DNA of 64,000 nucleotides from NCBI GenBank assembly GCA_963815095.1, contig CAWFFH010000003.1, positions 128,001 through 192,000 on the forward strand, written 5' to 3'. A model generated the notes under the pieces. The model did no database searches, was not told where the DNA came from, and saw only the letters and a program-made list of their open reading frames with translations. Each line of letters starts with the position of its first letter. Within the stretch, counting starts at the first letter, position 1. A program made the translations under genes and the position numbers. The stretch comes from Candidatus Bathyarchaeota archaeon. GTDB lineage: Archaea; Thermoproteota; Bathyarchaeia; Bathyarchaeales; Bathycorpusculaceae. This document shows, piece after piece, positions 30,528-42,708 of the stretch.

Positions 30528-32012
30528 TCAAGTGTGATTTGCAGGATCAAGTTTTGCGAGCGGAAATTCAAGCGTGAAACGTGTGCCTTTTCCTATCGCG
30601 CTTTCAACCTTTACGTTGCCATTTAAAGCTTCAGTCAACTTCTTCACAACTGCCAAGCCAAATCCTTGACCTTTAGCTTTAGTCGTAAAAAGGGGCTTGA
30701 AGAGTTTATCTTTAATTTCGGCAGGTATTCCTAAACCTGTGTCCGCAACACTGATAACTACCACATTATCCTTATGGACCGCAGCTAATGTCAAGCTTCC
30801 CCCTTCAGGCATTGCCTGAATTGCGTTTGAACACAGGTTGGTTAGTATTCTCTTCATGGCTGAAGGGTCAGTAATCAGCTTATTAAAAAAAGGTTCAATA
30901 GAATAATCTGTTTTTGTATTTTCAGGAATTTTAAGGGCGGAAAAAATATCCTCAACTAGCTTTGTTAAGTCAGTTTCTTCAAGACAAGGCTTCAAAGGTT
31001 TAGCGAAGTCTTGGAGGTCTGTAACAATCTTGTTAATGTAAAAGGTATTATCCTCGATAGCCTGCAGACAATCTCTTAGGCACAACTTAATAGGGCTGTC
31101 AGGCAACTCATCAATTTCTTTCTTGGAGAGGAACAAATCTCCAATGATAGCCTGTAACGGATTACGGATGTCATGGCCAACCATGCCCGCTGTAGCACCT
31201 ATCGCGGCTAAACGTTCAGAGTCCCGCAGTTGTTGCTCTAAGTTTTTGCGCTCGGTCACATCATTAAATAATATTGCGACTTTTCGGATTTTTTCCTCGC
31301 CAACTGGAAACGCAAAAACATCATAGTAACGATTCAACGCCTTTGCCTCGTTCGTAAAACGGATAGGTTCACCAGTAAGGGCAACATTACCATAAATCTC
31401 AAACCAATAAGGCTCATGGTTTGGGACAAGACTACGCATCAGTTTTCCCTTTGCATCGCGTAACCCCGTTTGCCGCTCAAATGAAGCATTGACTTCCAAA
31501 AAACTGTAATCCAAAGGCTTACAATTCTTGTCAAAAACCATTTCGATAATAGAAAAACCCTCATCAATTGAATCAAATAAAGTTCGATATTTCTCTTCGC
31601 TAATCTTTAGCGAGAATGTGCGATTTTCTACTATTTCCTGTAGTTTTTTTCGTTCGACCGCATAGTTTATGGCTCGAACTAGCAGTGGACCGTCAATTTT
31701 TCCTTTAATAAGGTAATCTTGGGCACCTTTGCGCACCGCTTCGAGAGCCAAAGCATCGTTTGTGTAAGCAGTCAATATCAAGATGGGAACATTCTTTGCC
31801 ACAATCTGAATTTTTTCAAAAGTGTTTAACCCTTGGCTGTCGGGTAATCCAAGATCAAGTAAAACTGCATCTACATCTCCTGTTGCCAAACGATCTATTC
31901 CTTTTGAAAGTCTGTCAACACGCTCGATATGGCCTGCCAGAGTCTCTTCTTTGAGCATCTCCTGGATAAGTCGGGCGTCGCCTGCGTTGTCTTCAATTAA
32001 GAGAATTTTTAA
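30528..32012 (-). CDS. hybrid receiver-PAS-histidine kinase
   Basis: Receiver (LLDLGLPDS), PAS, H-box GHDIRNPL and G-boxes (DTGLG, GFGL). The receiver beta1 ILLIEDN lies upstream of the track ATG at 31958, so the gene is extended to about 32012. Confidence 0.88.
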   Translation of the reverse strand, partial: LKILLIEDNAGDARLIQEMLKEETLAGHIERVDRLSKGIDRLATGDVDAVLLDLGLPDSQGLNTFEKIQIVAKNVPILILTAYTNDALALEAVRKGAQDYLIKGKIDGPLLVRAINYAVERKKLQEIVENRTFSLKISEEKYRTLFDSIDEGFSIIEMVFDKNCKPLDYSFLEVNASFERQTGLRDAKGKLMRSLVPNHEPYWFEIYGNVALTGEPIRFTNEAKALNRYYDVFAFPVGEEKIRKVAILFNDVTERKNLEQQLRDSERLAAIGATAGMVGHDIRNPLQAIIGDLFLSKKEIDELPDSPIKLCLRDCLQAIEDNTFYINKIVTDLQDFAKPLKPCLEETDLTKLVEDIFSALKIPENTKTDYSIEPFFNKLITDPSAMKRILTNLCSNAIQAMPEGGSLTLAAVHKDNVVVISVADTGLGIPAEIKDKLFKPLFTTKAKGQGFGLAVVKKLTEALNGNVKVESAIGKGTRFTLEFPLAKLDPANHT

Positions 32013-32018
32013 CTTTTA

Positions 32019-32480
32019 TTACTCCTTTGGCGGCAGTTTCACTATGGTAAACCAAAACTGTTCTAGCGCATGCATTATTTCGACGAATCTGCTAAGATCC
32101 ACGGGTTTTGTGATGTATGCATTTGCATGAAGATCGTATGTTTTGATTATATCTTCATCAGCTTTGGAGGTTGTCAAGACAACAACGGGGATGTGACGTA
32201 GTTTGGGGTCTTTTTTGATTTCAGCTAATACTTCGCGCCCATCCTTTTTTGGCAGATTAAGGTCAAGCAGAATTAGATCCGGTACTGGCGCGTTTGCAAA
32301 AGAACCTTCTTTATGAACAAATTGCATTGCTTCAACACCATCTCTAGCAACGTAAATTTCATTCAGCACTTTAGCGTCTTTTAGGGCTTCTTTGGTTAAG
32401 CGAACGTCTCCTGGATTGTCTTCTACCAACAGAATGTCTACAGGGCGGGTTTCTATTTTTTGGGCTACGTATCGCTTCAT
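32019..32480 (-). CDS. single-domain response regulator (Rcp1-like)
   Basis: ILLVEDNPGD, LLDLNLPKKDG, LTTS, YITKP and FWFTIVKLP. Confidence 0.93.
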   Translation of the reverse strand: MKRYVAQKIETRPVDILLVEDNPGDVRLTKEALKDAKVLNEIYVARDGVEAMQFVHKEGSFANAPVPDLILLDLNLPKKDGREVLAEIKKDPKLRHIPVVVLTTSKADEDIIKTYDLHANAYITKPVDLSRFVEIMHALEQFWFTIVKLPPKE

Positions 32481-32485
32481 TTTCT

Positions 32486-34687
32486 TTAATCACTCTTTTT
32501 CCTTTTACTTAATGTAAAGTAAATAGTTGAACCTTTTCCCAATTGGGACTCGATCCAGATACGTCCACCATGGCGCTCCACGATTTTTTTGCATACTGCA
32601 AGGCCTATTCCGGAGCCAGGATACTCCTCTCGGGTGTGTAGGCGCTGGAATATTTTGAATAAACGGTCATTATATTCAGGAGCTATACCGATACCATTAT
32701 CGCGCACTGAAAACAAATACTCTGTCTCCTTTATTTGAACTGAAACATGAACCCGCGGCGCCTCTTCTCCGTGAAACTTTATCGCATTCCCTATCAAGTT
32801 TTGGAAGAGTTGAACAAGTTGACCTCCATCAGCAACGATCGTTGGAAGCTTATCATGCGTCACAACAGCTTCATTGTCAGAAATGGATGCTTTCAGGTTC
32901 AAAAGTACAATGTCGAGGGTGGATTCAAGGTTTGTTGGCTCAAAAGGCTTGCCAAGTCTGCCCACGCGTGAGTAAGTGAGAAGGTCATCAATTAAACCTC
33001 TCATTCGGTTGGCACCGTCCACAGCATAACCTATGAACTCATCAGCATCTGCATCTAGTTTTCCTTTATATCTCCGCTCTATTAGCTGCACATAACTTGC
33101 CACCATACGCAAAGGCTCCTGCAAATCATGCGATGCAACATAAGCAAACTGTTCAAGCTCTGAGTTAGATTGCTTTAGTTTTTCTGATGCTTGCACAATT
33201 TCGTATTCCATTGATTTGCGTTCCGTAATATCTCGATTACTGGAGCGTCGACCTAACCATTTGCCAGCACCATCAAAAACGGGTTGGCAGGCATGGGAAA
33301 TCCAACGTGTCTCACCGTCACGGGTAATTATTCGAAAATCAACCTCATGCCGCTCCTCTTCAGTTATCGATTCAAAATGAGAGCCAACAAGCGCTTTGTC
33401 GTCGGGGTGAATAATATTAGAAAACAGCTTAGAATTATTGATAAACTCTTCCGGAGTGTAACCAGTAAACTTTACACAAGAAGGAGACATGTAAAGCATC
33501 TTGCCGTCAGGTGCAATCCAGTATTCCAAGTCGTATGCGAAGTCAGCAACCGTCCGCAGCTTTACCTCGCTTTGGCGCAAAGCTTCTTCAGCTTTTTTAC
33601 GTTCTGTAATATCTCTTGCTGCAGCAAATACCCCCTTTATTTTTCCTTGAGAATCTAGATAGACGCTTGCATTGTACAAAACGTCTGTTATTTTACCAGA
33701 TTTATTCCTAATTGCGAGAGGGTAATCCTTGACTAAGCCGTCGGTGAAAACTTTCTGGTAACCGACCCTTGCTTGCTCTGGAACGGTGAAATAGTCAGAA
33801 AAATCGCTGCCAATGAGTTCTTCTCGGGAGTACCCAGTAACATCTTCAGTGGCTCTGTTAACATCTGTGATTTTTCCTTCCTTGCTGATCGTAACTAGAG
33901 GATCTAAGCTGGCTTCCAGCAAACTCCTTGCGTACGATGATAAAGCAAGAAGTTTTTCCTCAGCAACTTTACGGTTTGCGGTCATCTGGTTAAATGCATA
34001 GGAAAGCTCACTTACCTCGTCCTGGCGCTTAGTTTCAATAACGTAATCAAGGTTTCCTGAGCTAACAGTGTTGATTCCATTTTGGAGATTGGTCACCGAT
34101 TTTAAGGTTCTTCGGAAAACTAGTAAGTAAATTGTCGCTAAAAGAGCACCGAATGTGCCCACAAGCGAAACAATAAGATAAGTGTCAGTATCGTTTGCTT
34201 GATGAGCCTCAGCATCAAACGAAAAAGATATCTGAGAAGCGTCAAGGCTAAGTGCCTGATTCTGGTTTGTCATATTACCCCATATATCTTGAAAGGGCTT
34301 CAACTCCCTGATGCTTACATTTCGAGGAGCGTTTTGCAGGTATGCAACTACTTCTGTAAAAGTCGTGTTAAGCCCTTGAAGGTCTCGGCTTATATTGGAA
34401 GCAAGCTGCTGTTGCTGATCATTGTCAAGTTGTATACTTGACAAATCACTGGAGAGGACGGAAAAGTTGGCTTGCCATTGAACAAGTGAAGTGTCTTGTT
34501 GGTAGAGGAAGTAATCTATAGCAATACTGCTCAGGTTACCTGCGCCGCGTTCGATATTGTTAGCAATGCCTTCTTGGGCTTTAAGATGAGATTCTCGCTG
34601 TGTGCTTGTTGCAACTGAAGCAGCAATAATAATCAATATAACACTGAAGACCGCGATGCATATTATGAACTGAGTTTTAATCTTCAT
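32486..34687 (-). CDS. membrane sensor histidine kinase (extracellular helical sensor, HAMP, 2 PAS, HisKA-HATPase)
   Basis: Two TMs, DEVSELSYAFNQM (HAMP), RDITERK twice, FAYVASHDLQEPLR and GSGIGLA. Confidence 0.93.
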   Translation of the reverse strand: MKIKTQFIICIAVFSVILIIIAASVATSTQRESHLKAQEGIANNIERGAGNLSSIAIDYFLYQQDTSLVQWQANFSVLSSDLSSIQLDNDQQQQLASNISRDLQGLNTTFTEVVAYLQNAPRNVSIRELKPFQDIWGNMTNQNQALSLDASQISFSFDAEAHQANDTDTYLIVSLVGTFGALLATIYLLVFRRTLKSVTNLQNGINTVSSGNLDYVIETKRQDEVSELSYAFNQMTANRKVAEEKLLALSSYARSLLEASLDPLVTISKEGKITDVNRATEDVTGYSREELIGSDFSDYFTVPEQARVGYQKVFTDGLVKDYPLAIRNKSGKITDVLYNASVYLDSQGKIKGVFAAARDITERKKAEEALRQSEVKLRTVADFAYDLEYWIAPDGKMLYMSPSCVKFTGYTPEEFINNSKLFSNIIHPDDKALVGSHFESITEEERHEVDFRIITRDGETRWISHACQPVFDGAGKWLGRRSSNRDITERKSMEYEIVQASEKLKQSNSELEQFAYVASHDLQEPLRMVASYVQLIERRYKGKLDADADEFIGYAVDGANRMRGLIDDLLTYSRVGRLGKPFEPTNLESTLDIVLLNLKASISDNEAVVTHDKLPTIVADGGQLVQLFQNLIGNAIKFHGEEAPRVHVSVQIKETEYLFSVRDNGIGIAPEYNDRLFKIFQRLHTREEYPGSGIGLAVCKKIVERHGGRIWIESQLGKGSTIYFTLSKRKKSD

Positions 34688-34853
34688 CGAGCCAACCTCA
34701 AAGAATAAAGTTCACCGAATTCCGCATGAACCTTATCAAACATAGTGCAACTTTCACAGACGCTCACTTTTTTTCAATAAATGAAGCCTTCGAAATTCAA
34801 TCAATTGAATTATTATAAAAAATCAATATTTTAATAAAAACATTTGCATAAAT

Positions 34854-34877
34854 TTCCTGCCCTAAATGCAGGGAAAA
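34854..34877. terminator. hairpin downstream of the flavodoxin gene
   Basis: TTCCTGC-CCTAAAT-GCAGGGAA inverted repeat adjacent to the flavodoxin stop. Confidence 0.35.
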
Positions 34878-34878
34878 T

Positions 34879-35358
34879 TTAAAATTGAGCAGCGAGTGCT
34901 TTGCCGAAATCCACGCATTTAGGCAGTTCGCCATCTACTACTGGACCTGACACTCCCTTCACCCTTACCGAAAGCGATAGTGAAATCAGGGACAGGTTAG
35001 GCAGCTTCTCCTGCACCATTCGCTCCATTTTACTAACCGACCTATCAGGCGAACGCGCTTTTCCTGAATAAGTCCCGAAAACAGCAACTTTTTTGCCCTT
35101 TAACCCAAGCTCAGAGAGCCTGTTGACAAATTTCTTCATGGTTTGGCTGGGTCTGCCCATGTGGTTTGGCGCACCTAAAACCAACGAATCGTAATCCAAG
35201 GCGTGCTCTGCGGTGACTTCTTTGATATAGCCCAAATCAACCTCGGCACCCTCATCCCGCATGCCTTCGGCGATCTTCTCAGCCGCTAACTTTGTGTTTC
35301 CATATTTAGAATCGTAAAAAACAAAAACTCTAACCATTAAACAAACACACCTTATCAT
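34879..35358 (-). CDS. flavodoxin-like protein
   Basis: YDSKYGNT, LGAPNH and AVFGTY. Confidence 0.88.
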   Translation of the reverse strand: MIRCVCLMVRVFVFYDSKYGNTKLAAEKIAEGMRDEGAEVDLGYIKEVTAEHALDYDSLVLGAPNHMGRPSQTMKKFVNRLSELGLKGKKVAVFGTYSGKARSPDRSVSKMERMVQEKLPNLSLISLSLSVRVKGVSGPVVDGELPKCVDFGKALAAQF

Positions 35359-35547
35359 CCATCAAATAGTGAGCGAATTAGATAAAACTTAACCCTAACA
35401 TTTAAGGGATTTTTCAAAAAGTTCCTAGCTTCAGCGCTATTTTTGAGTGAAAGTCTATTTTAAATAAAACAGAGAAAACCCTGATTAATCGAAAATAGAA
35501 GATGTTTTTTGAAACCCGTTGTTTTGGAGCTATATTGCTAATGTTAC

Positions 35548-37258
<1,711 letters not shown>

Positions 37259-37443
37259 ATTCAGACCTAACTGAGCAATTAGTCAGGTCCACATTTCCTA
37301 TTATTTTTTTGTCCCCGCAATTGGAGGCCAACTCCGTCATTCCTGCAAGGCGTAATCGCCGTTTCGGTAGGGGTTGAGCCGCCGCCATGTGAAAATTGCG
37401 GGGCTAGCAATTATAGCTGAATTCTAACAGAAGTCTAGTCAAC

Positions 37444-37464
37444 TGATATAAACGTTTCTTTTCC
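37444..37464 (-). promoter_or_regulatory. BRE-TATA promoter of the 16S rRNA gene
   Basis: Minus strand reads GGAAAAGAAACG-TTTATATC upstream of the structured leader. Confidence 0.6.
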
Positions 37465-38373
37465 ATTCCCCCAAAGAATATTGTATGAATGACTTGGGTT
37501 TTGTGAGGTATTAAAAACACAAATTATCATTTTTTAAAGATTTTTTGTTACTTTTAGGGGTCTTTTGGTTGCAGTTTATCGTTTTTGTAGATGTTGTTTG
37601 AAGTTTTATAAATAGGGTACGAAATTGGTTTTTTATTCTCTTTTGGTCACTCACCATAGTTTCTACTAGTAGAATTTGCCTTTGAACAATGCATAACACG
37701 CTCTTCGCGCGCTTTTGAAAGCTCTATTTTCAGCTTCACACAGAAAATTGCAATCCGAGATCATCTTCTGTTCCATTTCAAAAAGAATATTCCGAGATTA
37801 AATCATTCGTCTCCAAACCAAAAGACAGAAGATCATAACAAATCTAAAACTATGTTCTTGTACAAACTAACAATGATAACCTGCTCTCATAAATTAACCG
37901 GAAAATGCTGATTTCGCTGAATTCCGAGTTTAAGAAAGAATAAAGTCTTACTATTTTATTTTGACATCTTAATGACTACTGAAAAACTCAGGTACTGGTC
38001 TACAGCACTTAGCGGTTGTTGTTTCAGCTTGTGACAACAGTACCTTATATCATTTAGATGAGTAAAGGATTGTAAGGAACAATTAACTGAGAGCGAAGTT
38101 AAGCGGGTCTGGCAGTTAACAAGGAGAAGGCGAGCGCTACAATTTTTACGCCTTGCAATTGTTAGCTCATGGCTAAATCGGCTTAACAAACACTTTTTGC
38201 CCCTAGAATTATTTCAAATAAACGTTTACTCTCTTTTCTACAGCTAAAGCATGTTTTGGCAAATGATCGAATAGATTAAAACTTATGGAAAAAACAGGGA
38301 AACGTAATGTAACTGTATATGTACAGTCACAACATTATTTATTGGTCAAATGTCCTATTAGTGACAAGGAAAA

Positions 38374-38457
38374 GGTTAGCTTAAATGCAGGTGAAATGTT
38401 TCCCCCTCTCTCTTCCTGAATTCACTTGCGTTTAAGCTAGCCCTTCTCTCTCTTCTC
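38374..38457 (+). ncRNA. candidate sRNA: 22-bp hairpin with pyrimidine-rich loop and tail
   Basis: Arms 38374-38395 and 38421-38442; all three mismatches are G-U on the + strand. TATA-like TTATTTAT lies about 30 nt upstream. Confidence 0.5.
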
Positions 38458-38583
38458 AAATTCCATAAAATTTATTGGATACATCAAATAAAAACGTAGT
38501 TACAATCGTTTTATAGCTTGATTAGCCACCGTTTTAGCCATAATCAACTATATTTTTCTAATCCTTTAGTCTTTTAAAAAAAA

Positions 38584-39651
38584 TTAGATGTTAACTTTAA
38601 ATGCCCAATGCATATAAGCGCTAATGTCTCGTGAAAGCACTAAAGATGGTTCCACATAACAATGGAGGCTGCATTTTTGGCAGTTTTCTATTTTTTTCCA
38701 GTCAAACTCAGAAACAGCACCTTTAATGCCTCCCTCAAAAACTGAAACACTGCTAGCATAATCATTATGGACATAGCAGGGCAAAACTACGTTTCCATGG
38801 GGGTCGATGTTTATCATTGTCCAGGGTTTGCATCGCCAAGTTTTTTCTTTAGCCATCACTTTAAAATAACCCATCGAATTGACGATGGGGTAGCCTTCCC
38901 GCTTCATTTTCATTAACCGGTTAGCTATTTTGGGTACTTTGGATGCAGCGGGAGAGGATGCATTGGCGTTGCAGTACTCATGAGCAACAGCCACAGATAT
39001 TCGTGTCCCCAACTCCCTTGCCAGCTCCACCAGGTTTTCTATTTCCTCTATGTTCTCAGCCATCACCGTTGTGTTGATGGTTACTGCAACTTTTTCTTTA
39101 GCCGCACGAATGCCGCGCACCGCTTTTTTAAAGCATCCGTCAACTCCCCTAATCGAATCATGCGTTTTCTCCAAGCCATCCAACGAAACGTAAACAACCC
39201 CGTTAATGAATGGGGCAATTTCGTCGATTCGGGATTCAAGCAGGGTACCGTTAGTGATTAGGCTGGTATGTAGCGGTAGAGACCGAGAAAAAGCAAGTAT
39301 CTCAACCAAATCCGTCCTAAGCAGAGGTTCTCCACCCTCAAACGCGACTCCGACGGCTCCCGAATTGTAAATCTGTTTTAGAACCGCTTTCTCCTGTTTT
39401 AGGCTTGGGTCTGGGCTGGGTCGTTTCCAAAAGGGGCACATTTTGCAACGGAGGTTGCAGTTGTAGGTTAATTTGTGGCCGCAGAAGAAAGGAACTTTTG
39501 CACCCAGCAGGTTTGAGATCAAACCACTATAAACTCTAAACCCAAGACGAAAGTTTTCGGATAGATGCGACGATTTTTTCTCTAAAACGGAATTTTGGGA
39601 AACTTGTTTCATCATTAATAACCCGATAAAGTTTTGAAAGCAGTAACGCAA
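38584..39651 (-). CDS. radical SAM protein (PTO1314-like)
   Basis: CNLRCKMC, EGGEPLL, C-terminal CKPW...LPCY...CQKCSLHCY; the true start is probably near 39615. Confidence 0.9.
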   Translation of the reverse strand: MRYCFQNFIGLLMMKQVSQNSVLEKKSSHLSENFRLGFRVYSGLISNLLGAKVPFFCGHKLTYNCNLRCKMCPFWKRPSPDPSLKQEKAVLKQIYNSGAVGVAFEGGEPLLRTDLVEILAFSRSLPLHTSLITNGTLLESRIDEIAPFINGVVYVSLDGLEKTHDSIRGVDGCFKKAVRGIRAAKEKVAVTINTTVMAENIEEIENLVELARELGTRISVAVAHEYCNANASSPAASKVPKIANRLMKMKREGYPIVNSMGYFKVMAKEKTWRCKPWTMINIDPHGNVVLPCYVHNDYASSVSVFEGGIKGAVSEFDWKKIENCQKCSLHCYVEPSLVLSRDISAYMHWAFKVNI

Positions 39652-39979
39652 GATAGTTTTTTTAGTGATGTTACCCTTGCGATTCCTTTAAACTTAATGC
39701 TTTCTTGCAACTCCAAACACTCGATATTTTTCTTTTGGGAAAGTTTTGAATTTTCTATGTTCTTATTTTTAACAAAGAATTCCTGTTGAAAGCGGTAGGT
39801 TACACGAAATGCTGCTCATCGAGTTATGGGGTTTACCTGAATACAAAGTCGATTATTACGCCCACTATGAACCCAATGCTTAACAGTAATATGCCTATGA
39901 TCAGCGCTCCATATTAGTTTACTATTGAGCCGTTTTCGCTGATGCCATTGCAGATGGTGGTTTGTTGTTGAATCATTCT

Positions 39980-40930
39980 TTACACAATGAGTGGCTCTTT
40001 CTTGTTATCCACAGAAAAACCTTTCGTAGAAAATATCAGAACCCCCAAAGAGACTAAAACAACAACGACTACTCCGACAGCAATGAAAGGCAATATGCCT
40101 ATTGTGGTGGATACAGCTTTCGGATTCATAATTCCCCCAAGAACAATTGCTGAAAAAATAATTCCAATTGACAAGATAAACGAAAATTTGTAGGGTCTAT
40201 CCGTTTTGGTCTTAACTAGTTTCTCTCTGTCAAGTTCGCCGACAAGAAAATTCAAGAATATGCCTATTGAAGCTATCAGCAATGGAAGAACAAGTGAGAG
40301 GGTTATGTTTTGTAAGCTTAAATCGATGAACTGCCGCAAGCCAATGACGGAAAAAGAAAGCAGTAGGAAAAAAAGAGCAATGGACCCGAAAAATATGGTT
40401 CTGTCCAGAAACTTTCCTGAGAGAGCTGGACCGTAAGTTCGTCTATTGGGCACGGGTGTTTCTCCTGGTTTAATATCTTTTGTAGTTCTTCGTGTTAGTC
40501 CGGGCAGGTCATTTGAAAGAAAATAGATTTTATGTTTTGGATCAAGAGGTAATTTGTTGCCGTTTGAATCATACACTGCTTTGGTTACCATTCTTGAAAA
40601 GGGGTATAGCCATTCGACGCCTCGATCCCTTGTTGTTGTGAATGAATCTAGAAATGAATGCAGAAAGGCTCCGATACCAAAAAACGGGTTTATCAAATAC
40701 ACTATGCCGATAAACAAGAAATTGTGAAATAATGCGCGATGTATTTGTCGGCGTCGAAAGGACTCTTTGCTAAAAAAACCGTATTCTCGGTCAAGATCAT
40801 TAATTGCAGAGCCGATTCCAACCATTAGCGCTATTTCTGGTTTTCCAAACAATAAGGCTCCAACAATAATGCCAAAGACTATGTGAGTAGAAAGATTCAT
40901 GAGAACAACCGTCGACTTCTGACTGATCAA
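39980..40930 (-). CDS. membrane-bound metal-dependent hydrolase (YdjM-like)
   Basis: THIVFG, DLD, HRALFH, LHSFLDSFT and GVEWLYPF. Confidence 0.82.
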   Translation of the reverse strand: MISQKSTVVLMNLSTHIVFGIIVGALLFGKPEIALMVGIGSAINDLDREYGFFSKESFRRRQIHRALFHNFLFIGIVYLINPFFGIGAFLHSFLDSFTTTRDRGVEWLYPFSRMVTKAVYDSNGNKLPLDPKHKIYFLSNDLPGLTRRTTKDIKPGETPVPNRRTYGPALSGKFLDRTIFFGSIALFFLLLSFSVIGLRQFIDLSLQNITLSLVLPLLIASIGIFLNFLVGELDREKLVKTKTDRPYKFSFILSIGIIFSAIVLGGIMNPKAVSTTIGILPFIAVGVVVVVLVSLGVLIFSTKGFSVDNKKEPLIV

Positions 40931-41046
40931 TTAATACGGGTAATTTTATGAATATAAAGGTAATTAGTCTCAGAACCTCACTTTTCCAGGCCAATTATAA
41001 CCCAAAATCCTGTAATGATTACAGTAGCATTGGCGGAATGATTTAT

Positions 41047-41214
41047 TTAATTTTGAATTATTCCAATAATAATTATTATGATCCCAACTGTTGTCCTTAT
41101 CGTTCTAATTAGCTGCTCAGGAAAACTCTGCTTTGAATATTTAATTATGCTCAAAACTCCATCTATGATTAGCCAAAGACATAAACCAACCAAAACTGTT
41201 GAGAGAGCATTCAA
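41047..41214 (-). CDS. 55-aa two-helix membrane microprotein
   Basis: Manual, TTG start: MNALSTVLVGLCLWLIIDGVLSIIKYSKQSFPEQLIRTIRTTVGIIIIIIGIIQN*. Confidence 0.5.
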   Translation of the reverse strand: MNALSTVLVGLCLWLIIDGVLSIIKYSKQSFPEQLIRTIRTTVGIIIIIIGIIQN

Positions 41215-41551
41215 TAACTTAACCTTCTAAATAGTAACATTATCTAAATAATATAATTTTCAATTAAAATAATATTTTCAGAATCTCAAAAATTAGTTGG
41301 CACATCAGTTTAAGTCATTGATGGATAAGATGTACATGCCAAAACTTTTCATAAATTTAACTTAGGGCTAACCTTTTTATTAGTGGTAAACCAAAGTGTA
41401 ATTATAGAATTTCTGTTTGCAGCATTAACTAAGCCTGAAGAAACAGAATTCAGTTCTTGTTTAAATAACTGAAAACCAAGCTACAGGCATCATGTTGCTT
41501 TCAAACAGTTCTAAATCCCTTATTTATTGGATGAGGGAGGTGAATTCATAA

Positions 41552-41872
41552 ATGGCAGACACGTCAATTTCTCAAATTGCATACATCTTAGCTCTTCTTG
41601 GAGGAATATTGCTAGTAATCTTTGGATTATTGGATCTGATTGGTTTCACCGGATTGGCAATAGTCCATTTTAGTTTCTATGCTTTTGCTTATGCGGGGAT
41701 TGTTTCTCTAATTTGTGGTATTATCGCAATCATTGGTGCGAGAAGCGCAAGTACTCTCGTCTGGGCAATCGTACTCATAATAGTTGGAATCATCGGCGGC
41801 GGACTAGGCGGACTACTAGTTGTTCTGGGAGGACTACTTGGACTAATTGTGGTGATAACCAAAAGAGCATAA
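41552..41872 (+). CDS. small Gly-rich membrane protein
   Basis: Strong GGAGGTGA SD; 3-4 hydrophobic helices with a GGGLGG motif. Confidence 0.8.
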   Translation: MADTSISQIAYILALLGGILLVIFGLLDLIGFTGLAIVHFSFYAFAYAGIVSLICGIIAIIGARSASTLVWAIVLIIVGIIGGGLGGLLVVLGGLLGLIVVITKRA

Positions 41873-42455
41873 CGCGATTTGAATACGACCCTTCTAAATT
41901 AACTGGTTTATTTTTTAGAAGCCAAATATTTTTTTCCAATTCAATCATTTCATTTTTTTTTAAAAAAAAGTAAAAAGCACCATTACCTTCGATAGCCTTT
42001 TCAGCGTAGTAAACTTCAGCGATACATCAACTTTCTCTGGGAACGAAAATAGGTCTCGTCAAAAGCATTAATGATAATAAAATTGGTGTTATGGACGCGT
42101 TAATCGGTGCGATGTCAGCGTATACTGGTTCGCTTGGGTGTGCTTTTTCCGATTTTCTCTTAATATTAACAGATGGAGCGGCAGCGTTTGGCAACTACAT
42201 AGTGTACGGGTTTTTGCAATTATGTTTTTCGGATTCTACGAAGGCTACTTAACCAAAACAGACTCAAAAGATTGGTTAAAGAACATAAAGATTATACCAG
42301 CGAATTCGATGAAATCACAAACTTGATTGAAAGAAAAAAGGATTTAAGAATTCGATGATATTCCAGATTTTTACATTTAACTTCGCGCCACAAAAGAAGG
42401 ACCCAGTTGTTTCCCTTCGGGGTAGGCTAAGCTGTGATTATCTTAGATGCTAGCC

Positions 42456-42653
42456 TTAACCTCTGTTTGGGTCGAGTTTGAATTGGCGTCGCTGTTTTTT
42501 TCCACGAGATTGTCTGATTCCTGTCTCAGTTTTGTTAAGTTTCTCAGATTCCTTTTTCTTCTCAGTTGTGTATCGTCCTTGTTGTTTTTTTAGGTGAGAT
42601 GTTTCCAGCGTATTTTCTTGCTCGTTAGATCTGATGTTCTTTTTTTCACCCAT
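42456..42653 (-). CDS. small basic hypothetical protein
   Basis: GAGGTGA SD upstream of the ATG; hydrophilic. Confidence 0.5.
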   Translation of the reverse strand: MGEKKNIRSNEQENTLETSHLKKQQGRYTTEKKKESEKLNKTETGIRQSRGKKQRRQFKLDPNRG

Positions 42654-42708
42654 TCTGTTTTCACCTCTGCTAGGTTTTTAGGAAAAAAAGTTGCTTGATA
42701 ATGTTCAC

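Noticed and set aside
30528-34687. Two-component cassette as a phytochrome system
   Set aside because: The transmitter and receiver resemble Cph1/Rcp1, but there is no GAF-PHY chromophore module; this is a common kinase-receiver-hybrid cassette.
42070-42330. Possible decayed membrane-protein (VIT1/CCC1-like) gene
   Set aside because: Only short hydrophobic fragments in shifting frames; the family cannot be supported by eye.
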